Source of the DNA: Acholeplasmataceae bacterium UBA5769
GTDB lineage: Bacteria; Bacillota_I; Bacilli_A; Acholeplasmatales; Acholeplasmataceae
Direction of reading: 5' to 3'
DNA length: 64,000 bases
Assembly: GCA_002418725.1 (NCBI GenBank)
Contig: DIER01000011.1
Span: forward strand, 19,344-83,343
In this document: positions 25,477 through 37,663 of the stretch, piece by piece
Position numbering within the stretch: position 1 is the stretch's first letter
How the letters are laid out: the number at the start of each line of letters is the position of its first letter
Position numbers and translations under genes: made by a program
The notes under the pieces: model-generated
Told to the model about the DNA's origin: nothing
What the model saw: the letters and a program-made list of their open reading frames with translations, nothing else
The model's database searches: none

Positions 25477-25756
25477 GTTCTTGATTGCAACCTTCTATTA
25501 TAGTTTTTATCTCGGTGTTTCAGGTATCTTGATATTATTTCTCATCCGTTTATACATCGGTTTATCAACAAAATTAAGTAAGAATGATTTCTTATGTGTA
25601 CTCTTTATCCCTGGTTCAATCGGTTTAGCACTAAAAGTAAAAAAAACCTATCCACTTGAACGGTTGTACTTTATCTTGAACATTATTTTCTTTGTTGCGA
25701 TGTTTATGGGGTCAATCTTTATTCTATACATGAAATTGGAGCTTAACATCATATGA
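25469..25756 (+). CDS. Hypothetical small membrane protein (95 aa)
   Basis: RBS AGGAGG; three hydrophobic segments. Confidence 0.7.
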   Translation: MFEFLIATFYYSFYLGVSGILILFLIRLYIGLSTKLSKNDFLCVLFIPGSIGLALKVKKTYPLERLYFILNIIFFVAMFMGSIFILYMKLELNII

Positions 25757-26265
25757 AATACCGCGTCATGAAAAAACAGAATAATTCATCCATGTGTTTT
25801 GTATGTGGTATGGATAACGAAGCCAGTTTGAGAACCAAATATTATGAACTTGAAAACAAGTCTATCTTAGGACTTTTTCAAGGTGCTGAATTACACCAAA
25901 GCTACCCGAAAAGAATGCACGGTGGGATTATCACTGCGCTACTCGATGAAACCATTGGAAGATCGATTCAAATTGATGAACCGCAAACCTTTGGCGTTAC
26001 GGTTGAACTAACCGTGCGCTATTTAAAACCTGTCCCACTTGATGAGACCTTATATTGTGTGGGAAAGATTACAGATTTACGCAAAATTTTATTTTATGGT
26101 GAAGGTTATATCGCAAACACATCGGGTGATATCCTTGCAACATGCCATGCAAAATACATGAAACAAGATGTGAATAAAATTGTTTCAGGTGATCATTTTA
26201 TAAAGGAGCAATGGATCTATGTGGCTGACGATGTTAGCCCAGAGTTCTTTGAATTACCACAATGA
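25753..26265 (+). CDS. PaaI-family (hotdog) thioesterase
   Basis: CFVCG; HQSYP..MHGGIITALLDETIG; TVELTVRYLKP. Confidence 0.85.
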   Translation: MKYRVMKKQNNSSMCFVCGMDNEASLRTKYYELENKSILGLFQGAELHQSYPKRMHGGIITALLDETIGRSIQIDEPQTFGVTVELTVRYLKPVPLDETLYCVGKITDLRKILFYGEGYIANTSGDILATCHAKYMKQDVNKIVSGDHFIKEQWIYVADDVSPEFFELPQ

Positions 26266-27800
26266 GTTTATTAGAAGTCGAAAATTTAAGCTTTAGCTAT
26301 AGCGGAGAAAACTTATACGAAAGTGCAAACATGCGTTTATTTGACGGTGAACACGCCGTTTTAGTTGGTCCCAATGGCACAGGAAAGTCAACATTATTAA
26401 AATTACTTGATCGTTCGCTTTCACCTGATACAGGAAAAATCAACTGGTTACCAGGAAGAAAAGTCGGTTATCTCGATCAGTATGCTCAAATACCACCTGA
26501 CTTAAGCGTTAAGTCGTATTTATATGACGTCTTTTTACCTTTATTCGAAAAAGAAAAAGAGATGGAAAGGCTTTATGAAAGTGTCGCAACCGCGAAGGAA
26601 AAAGATCACGATCGGATATTAAATTGGGCAGCGGAACTCGGTGAACAACTTTTAGCATCTGATTTTTACGCGATTAAATCAAAGATTGGCAATGTCATTC
26701 ACGGTCTTGGTTTAACCATGGATCTCTTAGATCGTCCGATCAAACATCTTTCTGGAGGTATGCGCGCTAAAATCATTTTAGCCAAATTACTTTTAGGTGA
26801 TTCTGATGTTTTATTATTAGATGAACCTACCAACTTCCTCGATGTAAAACATATTGAGTGGTTGGCCAAGTTTCTTCAAAACTATCCCAAAGCGTTTTTA
26901 GTAGTTTCTCATCTTGAAGCCTTCTTAATGGATATTGCAAACACAGTGTTCGCTTTAGAGAATGGTCAAATCACGCGTTATAAGGGGGATTACAGCTATT
27001 ATTTAAAGGAAAGAGAACTCAGATATGAACAGCAAGAAAAAGCGTTTATATCGCAGCAAAAATTTATTAAAAAGACAGAAGAATTTATTCAAAAAAATAT
27101 TGTCAGAGCAACCACAACCAAAAGAGCACAATCCAGACGAAAGATGCTTGAAAAAGTAGAACGCATCGCTGCACCACAAAAATCCAAGATGTATCATTTT
27201 CAATTTCCATTTTCTACAGCTACCGGTAAGGATGTATTGGTGACGAAAGACTTAGAAATAGGTTATCAAGAATCTTTATTAGAACCACTGAATGTGCACG
27301 TGTTAAAACAAGATAAAGTGGCGATCACAGGTAAAAACGGGATTGGTAAATCAACATTCATCAAAACCATTATGGGGATTATCCCTGAGATATCAGGCGA
27401 GTTTAAGTGGATTGATACAGCTAAGATTGCTTACTTCCAACAAGATCAAATCTTTGAAGAACGTATCACACCATTTCAACTCATTCATTACCATTACCCC
27501 CACTTTACCAAAAAAGATGTGATGAGTTTGCTTGGAAATCACGGTATTGATTTTGAGATGGCAAATCGAGAATTAAACAGTTTATCAGGTGGTGAGCAGA
27601 CCAAGGTTAGATTAGCCATTTTAAGACACCAAAAAGGGAACGTTTTAATTTTAGACGAACCGACCAACCATTTGGATGTCGCAGCGAAAGAAGCCCTTAA
27701 GGATGCACTCATCGCTTATCAAGGTACACTGATTTTAGTATCCCATGAGAAAGAGTTTTATCAAGACATCTGTGATTATGAGATTACGTTATATGAATAG
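26262..27800 (+). CDS. ABC-F family ATP-binding protein
   Basis: Two ATPase domains (GPNGTGKST/LSGGMR/LLDEPTN and GKNGIGKST/LSGGEQ/LDEPTNHLD); no TM segments. Confidence 0.92.
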   Translation: MSLLEVENLSFSYSGENLYESANMRLFDGEHAVLVGPNGTGKSTLLKLLDRSLSPDTGKINWLPGRKVGYLDQYAQIPPDLSVKSYLYDVFLPLFEKEKEMERLYESVATAKEKDHDRILNWAAELGEQLLASDFYAIKSKIGNVIHGLGLTMDLLDRPIKHLSGGMRAKIILAKLLLGDSDVLLLDEPTNFLDVKHIEWLAKFLQNYPKAFLVVSHLEAFLMDIANTVFALENGQITRYKGDYSYYLKERELRYEQQEKAFISQQKFIKKTEEFIQKNIVRATTTKRAQSRRKMLEKVERIAAPQKSKMYHFQFPFSTATGKDVLVTKDLEIGYQESLLEPLNVHVLKQDKVAITGKNGIGKSTFIKTIMGIIPEISGEFKWIDTAKIAYFQQDQIFEERITPFQLIHYHYPHFTKKDVMSLLGNHGIDFEMANRELNSLSGGEQTKVRLAILRHQKGNVLILDEPTNHLDVAAKEALKDALIAYQGTLILVSHEKEFYQDICDYEITLYE

Positions 27801-27802
27801 AC

Positions 27803-27835
27803 AAAAAAAGGCGCTTTTCATTAAGCGCCTTTTTC
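27803..27835. terminator. Bidirectional terminator overlapping the ispG 3' end
   Basis: AAAAAAAGGCGC...GCGCCTTTTT. Confidence 0.7.
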
Positions 27836-28891
27836 ATGATCTTGTATAGAGTCATCAAAATTGTTAATCTCTTCAACTAAAACATCATATACTTCGGATT
27901 CTTTAATCTTTTTAATGATTTTACCACGTCTAAAGAGGATAGCTTCACCTTTACCACCTGCAATACCAATATCGGCATGTGTAGCCTCACCTGGTCCATT
28001 GACTGCGCATCCCATGATGGCAACATTAATGGTTTTATTGACTTTGAGTAAATACTGCTCAATACGTTTTGCAATATCGATCATATCGTATTGAATACGA
28101 CCGCAGGTAGGACAACTGATCAAGTTGGGTACCTTATCTTTTAAGCCAAGATTTTTTAGTATTTCTTTCGCGGCTTGAATCTCTAAAATAGGATTATCTG
28201 TCAGAGAAACACGAATCGTATTTCCGATGCCTTCAGCAAGTAAAATACCGATGCCCATCGCACTCTTGATTGCACCGCTAAAAGCTGTACCAGCCTCTGT
28301 TACACCTAAATGGAGTGGATAGGGAAAAGTTTTGGCAGCTAACCGGTAAGCCTCAATCATAAGGTTCATGTCGGTTGCTTTTAGGGACAAGACAATATCA
28401 TAAAAACCCATGGACTCTAAAATATCTACGTGATGTTTTGCAGTTGCAACCATGTTTTCAGGCGTAGGTGCCATTCGGTTTGGAAGTGATCCACTGTTGA
28501 CACCGATGCGGATGGGAATGTTTTTTGCCTTGCAGGCTTCAACAACTTCCATGACGTGCTCACGCTTGGGGATGTTTCCTGGGTTTAACCGAATCTTATC
28601 AACACCCTGGTTGATCGCCTCCAAGGCTAAACGATAATCGAAGTGGATATCTGCCACTAAGGGGATTGAAATTTGCTTTTTAATCTCACCTAAAGCGTGT
28701 GCATCCACCATATCTAAAACAGCAACTCTCACGATTTCACAACCAGCTTCTGTCAGCTGCTTGATCTGTTTGACGGTTGCTTCAACGTCTTTTGTGTATG
28801 TATTGGTCATACTTTGAATATAAACTTTTGTGTTGCCACCGAGTTGGTATTTACCAACGGTTACGGGACGACTTGATTCTCGCTGTGTCAT
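27821..28891 (-). CDS. ispG: (E)-4-hydroxy-3-methylbut-2-enyl-diphosphate synthase (MEP pathway)
   Basis: IQSMTNT, ADIHFDY, IRLNPGNI, RIGVNSGSL, ISCPTCGR and MGCAVNGPGE. Confidence 0.96.
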   Translation of the reverse strand: MTQRESSRPVTVGKYQLGGNTKVYIQSMTNTYTKDVEATVKQIKQLTEAGCEIVRVAVLDMVDAHALGEIKKQISIPLVADIHFDYRLALEAINQGVDKIRLNPGNIPKREHVMEVVEACKAKNIPIRIGVNSGSLPNRMAPTPENMVATAKHHVDILESMGFYDIVLSLKATDMNLMIEAYRLAAKTFPYPLHLGVTEAGTAFSGAIKSAMGIGILLAEGIGNTIRVSLTDNPILEIQAAKEILKNLGLKDKVPNLISCPTCGRIQYDMIDIAKRIEQYLLKVNKTINVAIMGCAVNGPGEATHADIGIAGGKGEAILFRRGKIIKKIKESEVYDVLVEEINNFDDSIQDHEKGA

Positions 28892-28998
28892 TTTTTATCA
28901 CCTAGGTCAATTATACGTCAAAAGAGGACAAACATAAAGGCGAAATGCTTCAAACTTTGGCATTTGAATCATCAAATAAAAATTAAGTCATAAAACGA

Positions 28999-29027
28999 TT
29001 GAAAAAGAAAGTGCGATTTGTTATAAT
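28999..29027 (+). promoter_or_regulatory. rpmG promoter
   Basis: TTGAAA, 17 nt, TATAAT with extended TG. Confidence 0.7.
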
Positions 29028-29052
29028 GTTTACGTATGTTTGGAGGGATATT

Positions 29053-29202
29053 ATGCGCGACCTAGTTAAATTGGTTTGTACCGAATGCGGCGAAGAAAAC
29101 TACCATACAAATAAGAATAAAAAAGCTCATCCTGAGCGCATGGAAGTTAAAAAGTATTGCCCGCGTGAAAGAAAGTACACCATCCACAAGGAAAAGAAAT
29201 AA
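29053..29202 (+). CDS. rpmG: 50S ribosomal protein L33
   Basis: [24 protein letters not shown]...[17 protein letters not shown]; RBS GGAGG. Confidence 0.96.
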   Translation: MRDLVKLVCTECGEENYHTNKNKKAHPERMEVKKYCPRERKYTIHKEKK

Positions 29203-29239
29203 GCTATTCTTGGAATAGTTTTTTTTCTATCATGAAACC

Positions 29240-29854
29240 ATGATTCAGTTCAAAGGAAATGAAGATTTATCCCATGTTTATCTCGTTTGTCGTTTTGATA
29301 CGTGCGTTTTGATCGATCCATCCCACAGTTATGATGCTATTGTGGATGCCATCGGTGATAAAACATTAGCAGGTATCCTTTTAACGCATGCACACAACGA
29401 TCATGTGGAATTGATTGGCTATTTTGATGTTCCTATATATTTGCATATAGACGATGCCCACCTCCTTTTTGAAGATTCATACAACGGGTATGCACCTAAA
29501 GTTCATCCTTATAAACGAAAAGCACTCGATTTAAGATATGTAAAAGATGGCGATCACATTCCTTTTGCAGATCACACCATTCAGGTACTTCACACACCAG
29601 GACATACCAAAGGAAGTCTTTCGTTTCTTTATGAACAAAAACTTTTCACCGGAGACACCTTGTTTAAAGAATCCGTGGGGAGACACGATTTATATTCAGG
29701 GAACTTACCTGACTTGAGAAAAAGTATCCTCACACTTTTGGCACTCCCAAGTAACACAAAGATATATCCGGGGCATGATGAGGTGACCACGGTTCGATAT
29801 GAACAGAAGTATAATCCCTTTTATGCCAAATGGATGAAGCAGAAATCTAAATAA
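29240..29854 (+). CDS. MBL-fold metallo-hydrolase (glyoxalase II-like)
   Basis: THAHNDH, HTPGHT, FTGDTLF and PGH motifs. Confidence 0.9.
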   Translation: MIQFKGNEDLSHVYLVCRFDTCVLIDPSHSYDAIVDAIGDKTLAGILLTHAHNDHVELIGYFDVPIYLHIDDAHLLFEDSYNGYAPKVHPYKRKALDLRYVKDGDHIPFADHTIQVLHTPGHTKGSLSFLYEQKLFTGDTLFKESVGRHDLYSGNLPDLRKSILTLLALPSNTKIYPGHDEVTTVRYEQKYNPFYAKWMKQKSK

Positions 29855-29877
29855 GACACTATGTGTCTTTTATTTTT
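29853..29877 (+). terminator. Intrinsic terminator
   Basis: AAGACAC-TAT-GTGTCTT followed by TTATTTTT. Confidence 0.6.
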
Positions 29878-29886
29878 CATCACAAA

Positions 29887-29913
29887 ATAGCACATAATCC
29901 TTGACAGTGCCAA
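29887..29913 (+). promoter_or_regulatory. CIRCE element 1 (HrcA operator) overlapping the -35
   Basis: ATAGCACAT-N9-CAGTGCCAA versus consensus TTAGCACTC-N9-GAGTGCTAA. Promoter TTGACA (29901-06), 17 nt, TACAAT (29924-29). Confidence 0.75.
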
Positions 29914-29933
29914 TCTGTTCATGTACAATAAAA

Positions 29934-29960
29934 TTGGCACAAATCCAGAAGGAGTGCTAA
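29934..29960 (+). promoter_or_regulatory. CIRCE element 2 (HrcA operator)
   Basis: TTGGCACAA-N9-GAGTGCTAA directly upstream of the hrcA RBS. Confidence 0.85.
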
Positions 29961-29973
29961 TCGAGGTGGATGC

Positions 29974-30987
29974 ATGATTACCAGTCGTCAGAAGTTAATC
30001 TTGAAGGCAATCATTGAAGCGTATGTGAAAGATGCTCAACCCGTTGGATCAAAAACATTGACCAACATGCCTTATCTCAATTTCTCAAGTGCAACCTTGC
30101 GTTATGACATGGCACAGCTTGAAGAACTAGGATATCTTGAAAAAACACACACATCTTCAGGACGTGTACCTTCAGAGAAAGGGTATCGTTACTATGTGGA
30201 ACATCTGGTCACGAGAGACAGTGATGTTCAAATGCAATTTCCCCTGATTGATGAAGTTTTCATGAAAAACACGATTGCGCGTGAAGCAGCTGTTGAACAA
30301 GCGATTCACCTGCTCTCAGAACTTACCAATTACACAGCTATGGCTGTAGGTCCTTCATCGCATCAAAGTTTGATTAAAAAAATCGACTTCATCCCACTTT
30401 CGGAGAAAGATGCAGTCGTTTTGATTGTCACAGATCAAGGCCATGTGCAGCATCAAAACTTTCGTATCCCTGAGGATATGAACATTAATGAATTAAAAGA
30501 AGTGATTAAAACCTTGGATGATTTGCTTAAAAACCGTAAGATTTCAGAAGCAAGTCAAATTCTTGAAGCAGAATTCGCACAAACCGAAATTCAGTCTTTC
30601 ATGGAATACCAAGCACAGCTGATTCATTCCTTTATCCACGCATTCTCAAAGTTTGCGCAAGATAATTTCTATTTATCCGGTGTCACCAATGTTTTTGATC
30701 AACCGGAGTTTCATAACGTTAAACATATCAAGAGTTTCGTGGATATGCTAGACCGAAGGGAACTGGTGAAATTGATTGGTGATCACGAAGGGTTAAGCAT
30801 CAGGTTTGGAAGTGAATTACAACTCATTCCGATGGAAAATTGTACCATCATCTCCGTCCCGTATCGTATCAGTGAATTTGAACATGGCACGATTGCGGTG
30901 GTAGGACCAACACGCATGGAATATAACAAAGTCATACCTTTGGTTGAATATATCGCAAGCAATCTAGGTAAACTATATAAAAAATAG
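29974..30987 (+). CDS. hrcA: Heat-inducible transcription repressor HrcA
   Basis: PVGSKTL, SSATLRYDMAQLEELGYLEKTHTSSGRVPS and VVGPTRMEY. Confidence 0.96.
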   Translation: MITSRQKLILKAIIEAYVKDAQPVGSKTLTNMPYLNFSSATLRYDMAQLEELGYLEKTHTSSGRVPSEKGYRYYVEHLVTRDSDVQMQFPLIDEVFMKNTIAREAAVEQAIHLLSELTNYTAMAVGPSSHQSLIKKIDFIPLSEKDAVVLIVTDQGHVQHQNFRIPEDMNINELKEVIKTLDDLLKNRKISEASQILEAEFAQTEIQSFMEYQAQLIHSFIHAFSKFAQDNFYLSGVTNVFDQPEFHNVKHIKSFVDMLDRRELVKLIGDHEGLSIRFGSELQLIPMENCTIISVPYRISEFEHGTIAVVGPTRMEYNKVIPLVEYIASNLGKLYKK

Positions 30988-31002
30988 CAAAGAGGGATAG
31001 AC

Positions 31003-33367
<2,365 letters not shown>

Positions 33368-33411
33368 TCTGTTGAGGGGCATTGCCCCTCAATTACATTG
33401 GAGTTGAAGTT

Positions 33412-34527
33412 ATGGCAGATAAACGTGATTATTACGACGTCTTAGGTATCCAGAAGGGTGCAAATGACGACGAGATCAAAAAAGCGTATCGCACGCTAGC
33501 GAAAAAATACCATCCAGATGTCTCAAAAGAATCGGATGCAGAAGCAAAATTTAAAGAAGTTCAGGAAGCTTATGATACGCTATCTGATCCACAAAAACGT
33601 GCAGCATATGATCAGTATGGTCACCAAGGGAACCCCTTTGGTGGTGCTGGTTCAGGTTTCTCAGGTTTTGGTGATTTTGGTGGTTTCTCGGACATCTTCA
33701 GTCAGTTTTTTGGTGGCGGAAGAAAGCGAAACGAATCTTATCATGGCCCACAACGTGGCGATGATCTTGAGCGCACCATCACCATTGATTTTATGGAAGC
33801 TGTCTTAGGTACCAAAAAACCGATCAGTGTTGAAGTAGAAGAAGAATGTCATGTTTGCCATGGCTCTGGTGCTGAATCGTCGAAGGATATTGAAGTGTGT
33901 GATCGTTGTCATGGCGATGGCTTCATCAATGTCGAGCAACGTACCATGTTTGGTGCGATGCGCAGTCAGCAAGCATGTCCTAAGTGCGGAGGCGCTGGTA
34001 AAATCATTAAGAAACGTTGTCAAACATGTAATGGACGTGGCCTTGAAAAGAATGTTAAAAACGTTGAGGTCAATATTCCAGCAGGTGTTGATAACAACAT
34101 GTCCTTAAAAGTTGCCGGTTATGGTAACGGTGGTGCAAAAGGTGGAACTCCTGGTGATTTATACTTAAATTTCAGAGTTCGCCCACACAAAGTGTTTAAA
34201 CGCCAAGATGATGATATCATTTTAGAAGTTCCCATCACCATCACACAAGCTGTATTAGGAACGAGCGTGGACATCCCTACCATTTATGGGGACGTCAGCT
34301 TGAAAATTCCTGCAGGTATTGAGCATGGAACCATTCTTAGAATGAGAGAAAAGGGTATTCAGAACGTAAGAACGAAACGTAAAGGCGATCAACAAGTCGT
34401 TGTTCAAATCAAAGTTCCTAAAACCCTATCAGCTCAGGAAAAGAAACTTTATGAACAACTTGAAAACTTAGAATCGAAGGAAAAAGATTCAAGTTGGCAA
34501 AAATTTAAAAACCTATTTAAAAATTAA
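33412..34527 (+). CDS. dnaJ: Chaperone DnaJ
   Basis: J-domain HPD and four CxxCxGxG repeats. ATG 33412 follows RBS GGAG. Confidence 0.97.
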   Translation: MADKRDYYDVLGIQKGANDDEIKKAYRTLAKKYHPDVSKESDAEAKFKEVQEAYDTLSDPQKRAAYDQYGHQGNPFGGAGSGFSGFGDFGGFSDIFSQFFGGGRKRNESYHGPQRGDDLERTITIDFMEAVLGTKKPISVEVEEECHVCHGSGAESSKDIEVCDRCHGDGFINVEQRTMFGAMRSQQACPKCGGAGKIIKKRCQTCNGRGLEKNVKNVEVNIPAGVDNNMSLKVAGYGNGGAKGGTPGDLYLNFRVRPHKVFKRQDDDIILEVPITITQAVLGTSVDIPTIYGDVSLKIPAGIEHGTILRMREKGIQNVRTKRKGDQQVVVQIKVPKTLSAQEKKLYEQLENLESKEKDSSWQKFKNLFKN

Positions 34528-34556
34528 AGACGTCATGCGTGACGTCTTATTTTTTT
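34527..34556. terminator. Terminator after dnaJ (convergent with DUF1295)
   Basis: AAGACGTCA-TGCG-TGACGTCTT then ATTTTTTT. Confidence 0.75.
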
Positions 34557-35326
34557 GGTGGTAACGGGAAGAAAATCGATGTTTTCTTCGCGTAAGCTTG
34601 AAAAGCTTCGTTATCCTTATATTTCTTTTCTAAAAGAGGAACTCCTGAAACAAAGAGGAGTAGATAGGTAATAAAGAGAGGACCGATGATACCCAAAATA
34701 TTGATCCAAGAAAGAGTGCTCATGCTGATGATCCATATGGCCCACCACATGAGTGCTTCACCAAAATAATTGGGGTGTCTGGTGTATTTCCAGAGACCAG
34801 ATTGCATAATTTTACCTTTGTTTTCGGGGTTTGACTTAAATGTTTTTAATTGAGCATCTCCCACAGCTTCAAAGATGAAACCGATGATCCATAAGATCAC
34901 ACCGATGATCAAGATGATGTAGCCAGTTTGGTTGATCAAAACATCAGTGTTTGCAGAAAGGAGAATCGGTAAAGCCACGATGAGTAAAAAAGTCATTTGC
35001 AACATGAAAACGATGAAGTATGCTTTGAGATGTACATGCTTCCCCCATTTTTTTCGCATGTTAACATATCTAAAATCTTCAGGTTTAGACCAGTTTCTAA
35101 GACCGATATAAAAGAAGAGACGAAGACCCCAAAGTAAAACAAGTCCAGTGATAACCAGTTGATAGAGGTGATAGGTTTGTGCAACCAACAGTGATGTGAC
35201 TGCAACCACGACAAACCCTAACCCCCAAGCCATGTCGGCTAGGCCATTATTTTTTTTGAGTTGCGCTACAATAAATGCCAGATTAAAAAATGCAAAGAGA
35301 ATAACAATCGGAATAATCCAAATCAT
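34547..35326 (-). CDS. DUF1295 / steroid 5-alpha-reductase-like membrane protein
   Basis: [27 protein letters not shown] and SGVPLLE. Confidence 0.85.
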   Translation of the reverse strand: MIWIIPIVILFAFFNLAFIVAQLKKNNGLADMAWGLGFVVVAVTSLLVAQTYHLYQLVITGLVLLWGLRLFFYIGLRNWSKPEDFRYVNMRKKWGKHVHLKAYFIVFMLQMTFLLIVALPILLSANTDVLINQTGYIILIIGVILWIIGFIFEAVGDAQLKTFKSNPENKGKIMQSGLWKYTRHPNYFGEALMWWAIWIISMSTLSWINILGIIGPLFITYLLLFVSGVPLLEKKYKDNEAFQAYAKKTSIFFPLPPKK

Positions 35327-37092
35327 GATTGATCCTTTCTGATATAGGCAATCGCAACGGTACCGATACCTGCGTTCATCGCAACAACCGTTGAAATATC
35401 CATCACATAAGCGGGTGGAAAGCCAATCAATGCTTCATAAGCCTTTTGATAGTCTTTTGCACGATCTTCAGCATTGGCATGGACGATGGCATACGTGTCA
35501 ATACCGTAAGTTGATACAATATCTTGCATGTGTGCGTAAATTTTCTTATTGGCAGATTCAACCGATAAGGCTTTCGCAAAAATGATACCAGCCCCATCTT
35601 CATCGATGGAAATGACAGGTTTTAAATGCATAAGGTTCGCGAGGGTGCCACTGACTTTAGTGAGTCTACCCGAACGCACCATATATTTTAAAACTTTCAC
35701 ACTGACTAAAATTTTTGATTTCGTCGTTAATGCTTCAATTTTTTCGGTTACTTCAGGTAAAGATAAACCCTGATCGATCAACTGAGCAGCCTTGAGGACT
35801 AAAAGGCCTTCAGCTCCTGAATTTTGTTTGCTGTTCACGACGTGGATGTTCACGTGTGGAAATCTCTTTTTCGCTTCAACAAAGGATTGATAGGTACCGC
35901 TCATTTTTTCTGATACGGTGATCACAAGAATATCTTTATAATAGGTTGATAAGAAAGAGAAGAAATTTTCGAGTGACTTTACATTGGGTTGTGCCGAGGT
36001 TGGATAAACTTTAAGTTCATCCATCATTTCATAAAAGCGACTGCTTTGAATGGTCACTTTATCGAGATAATCACTGTCGTTTATTTTTAAGTTAATGGGT
36101 ATCTGATGAATTTGATAGTGATCAATCAGATCACTTGGTAGATCAGCAATCGAGTCAGTGACAAGCGCAACCGGATATTTACGGTGATTTACCGCTTCAA
36201 ATTGTCTTCGCATGTCATCCACTTTTTGTTCAGCAATGCGTGCAACACCATCCAGATAAGCAAATACTTTGGCGGGTTCATCGGTATGGATATGAATTCT
36301 AACCGTTTTTTTACTGCCAGCAACAACCAGTGAATCCCCAAGCGGTGTTAATGTTTCTCGCACTTTTTCGATATCAAGGTTTTCACCTCTAATCAGTGCT
36401 TCTGTACAATATCTAAATTGTGAATCTTCTAAATGATCGACATGAATCGCTTCAACAGCTTCATGTTGTTCGATAACGACATCTTCGCCCTTTAGTGCTT
36501 TGATAAAACCCTCAATAAAATGGACAAAACCTTTCGCACCAGCATCCACCACGTGATTTTCTTTTAAGACAGCAAGTTTTTCAGGTGTTTGAGCGAGCTC
36601 TTCTTTTAAAACCTCAAAAGCACGCATAAAAACGTCAATGGCATTAGAGGTCGCTTTTTTAAACTCCCTCAAGGCATGAGCCCATGCACGCATGACCGTA
36701 ATCATGGTACCTTCAACAGGTTTACTGATGGCATGATATGCATAATCATATGCTTTTTCTGAGGTTTCAATCAACGTGTTTAAATCAGGTTGATCCGTTT
36801 TTAGACCATCAGCGAATCCGTTGATGTATGATGCGAAAATGATACCAGAGTTTCCTCTCGCACCGACAATGGCAGCATCGACAATGGATTGCATTGTTTC
36901 TGTTAAAGTTTGACCTAAACGTGATTTTTCCAGGATGGCGAGCATCATGGATGCTAAGTTGGTACCTGTATCTCCATCTGGTACTGGAAATACATTGATC
37001 GCATTCAGTTCATTCTTTTCGGAAATAACGTTTTTAGCACCAACCATAAACGACTTGTAAATCACTTCATTGGTTAAAGTTAATGTAGACAT
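35323..37092 (-). CDS. DAK2-domain / DegV fusion (fatty-acid kinase FakA-FakB-like)
   Basis: [26 protein letters not shown] and VVDAG in DAK2. [18 protein letters not shown]-like MSGT and LVRSGR-like MVRSGR in DegV. Confidence 0.88.
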   Translation of the reverse strand: MSTLTLTNEVIYKSFMVGAKNVISEKNELNAINVFPVPDGDTGTNLASMMLAILEKSRLGQTLTETMQSIVDAAIVGARGNSGIIFASYINGFADGLKTDQPDLNTLIETSEKAYDYAYHAISKPVEGTMITVMRAWAHALREFKKATSNAIDVFMRAFEVLKEELAQTPEKLAVLKENHVVDAGAKGFVHFIEGFIKALKGEDVVIEQHEAVEAIHVDHLEDSQFRYCTEALIRGENLDIEKVRETLTPLGDSLVVAGSKKTVRIHIHTDEPAKVFAYLDGVARIAEQKVDDMRRQFEAVNHRKYPVALVTDSIADLPSDLIDHYQIHQIPINLKINDSDYLDKVTIQSSRFYEMMDELKVYPTSAQPNVKSLENFFSFLSTYYKDILVITVSEKMSGTYQSFVEAKKRFPHVNIHVVNSKQNSGAEGLLVLKAAQLIDQGLSLPEVTEKIEALTTKSKILVSVKVLKYMVRSGRLTKVSGTLANLMHLKPVISIDEDGAGIIFAKALSVESANKKIYAHMQDIVSTYGIDTYAIVHANAEDRAKDYQKAYEALIGFPPAYVMDISTVVAMNAGIGTVAIAYIRKDQS

Positions 37093-37103
37093 ATGTGTTC
37101 TCC

Positions 37104-37505
37104 TTAGCTAAGCCATTGATTGACAAAAAAAGTTAATGTTGAGACAGAAGCACCTAAAAAGGTACCCCACGTAAGATCAATGAGTGTGATTTGAATAGGC
37201 CAGTCTTTTAGGGTGGCTAAATTGGTCAAATCGTATGTGGCGTAGGTTAAAAATCCCAAAAGGGCTCCTAATAGAAGTGCTTTGGTCCAAACACCTTCGC
37301 TCACCGCGGGTGATATCGCAAAGAAAACAAGACCACCAATAAAGAGTAGGTAAAAAATGATTGCAGCAACCCAGTTGACGTTATCTGACATCAAATGACC
37401 CAATTGTTTTTGATATAAGTTTTTCGCAATAAATCCTAACCATACTAAATCAATTACTAGAAATAAAACAAAGGCTATGCCGTAAAGCTTCAAAAAGGGT
37501 AACAT
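37104..37505 (-). CDS. DUF2177 family membrane protein
   Basis: IDLVWLG..AK.LY..QLG, YATYDLTNLATLKDWP and IDLTWG. Confidence 0.85.
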   Translation of the reverse strand: MLPFLKLYGIAFVLFLVIDLVWLGFIAKNLYQKQLGHLMSDNVNWVAAIIFYLLFIGGLVFFAISPAVSEGVWTKALLLGALLGFLTYATYDLTNLATLKDWPIQITLIDLTWGTFLGASVSTLTFFVNQWLS

Positions 37506-37663
37506 GATAAAGCCTCCTTATCTATCTTTATCATATCATAAATATATGTAAAGTACGTGATACTTACTTAGGAAAAGCAGTTATCCATCGATAGAGAATC
37601 ATGTCATTTTATGGATGGCCTTACCTATGGTATAATGAAAATGGAATTGACAAGGAGGGTCCT

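Noticed and set aside
29053-29202. L33 zinc motif ends CPRE rather than CxxC
   Set aside because: A common variant in Firmicutes and Mollicutes.
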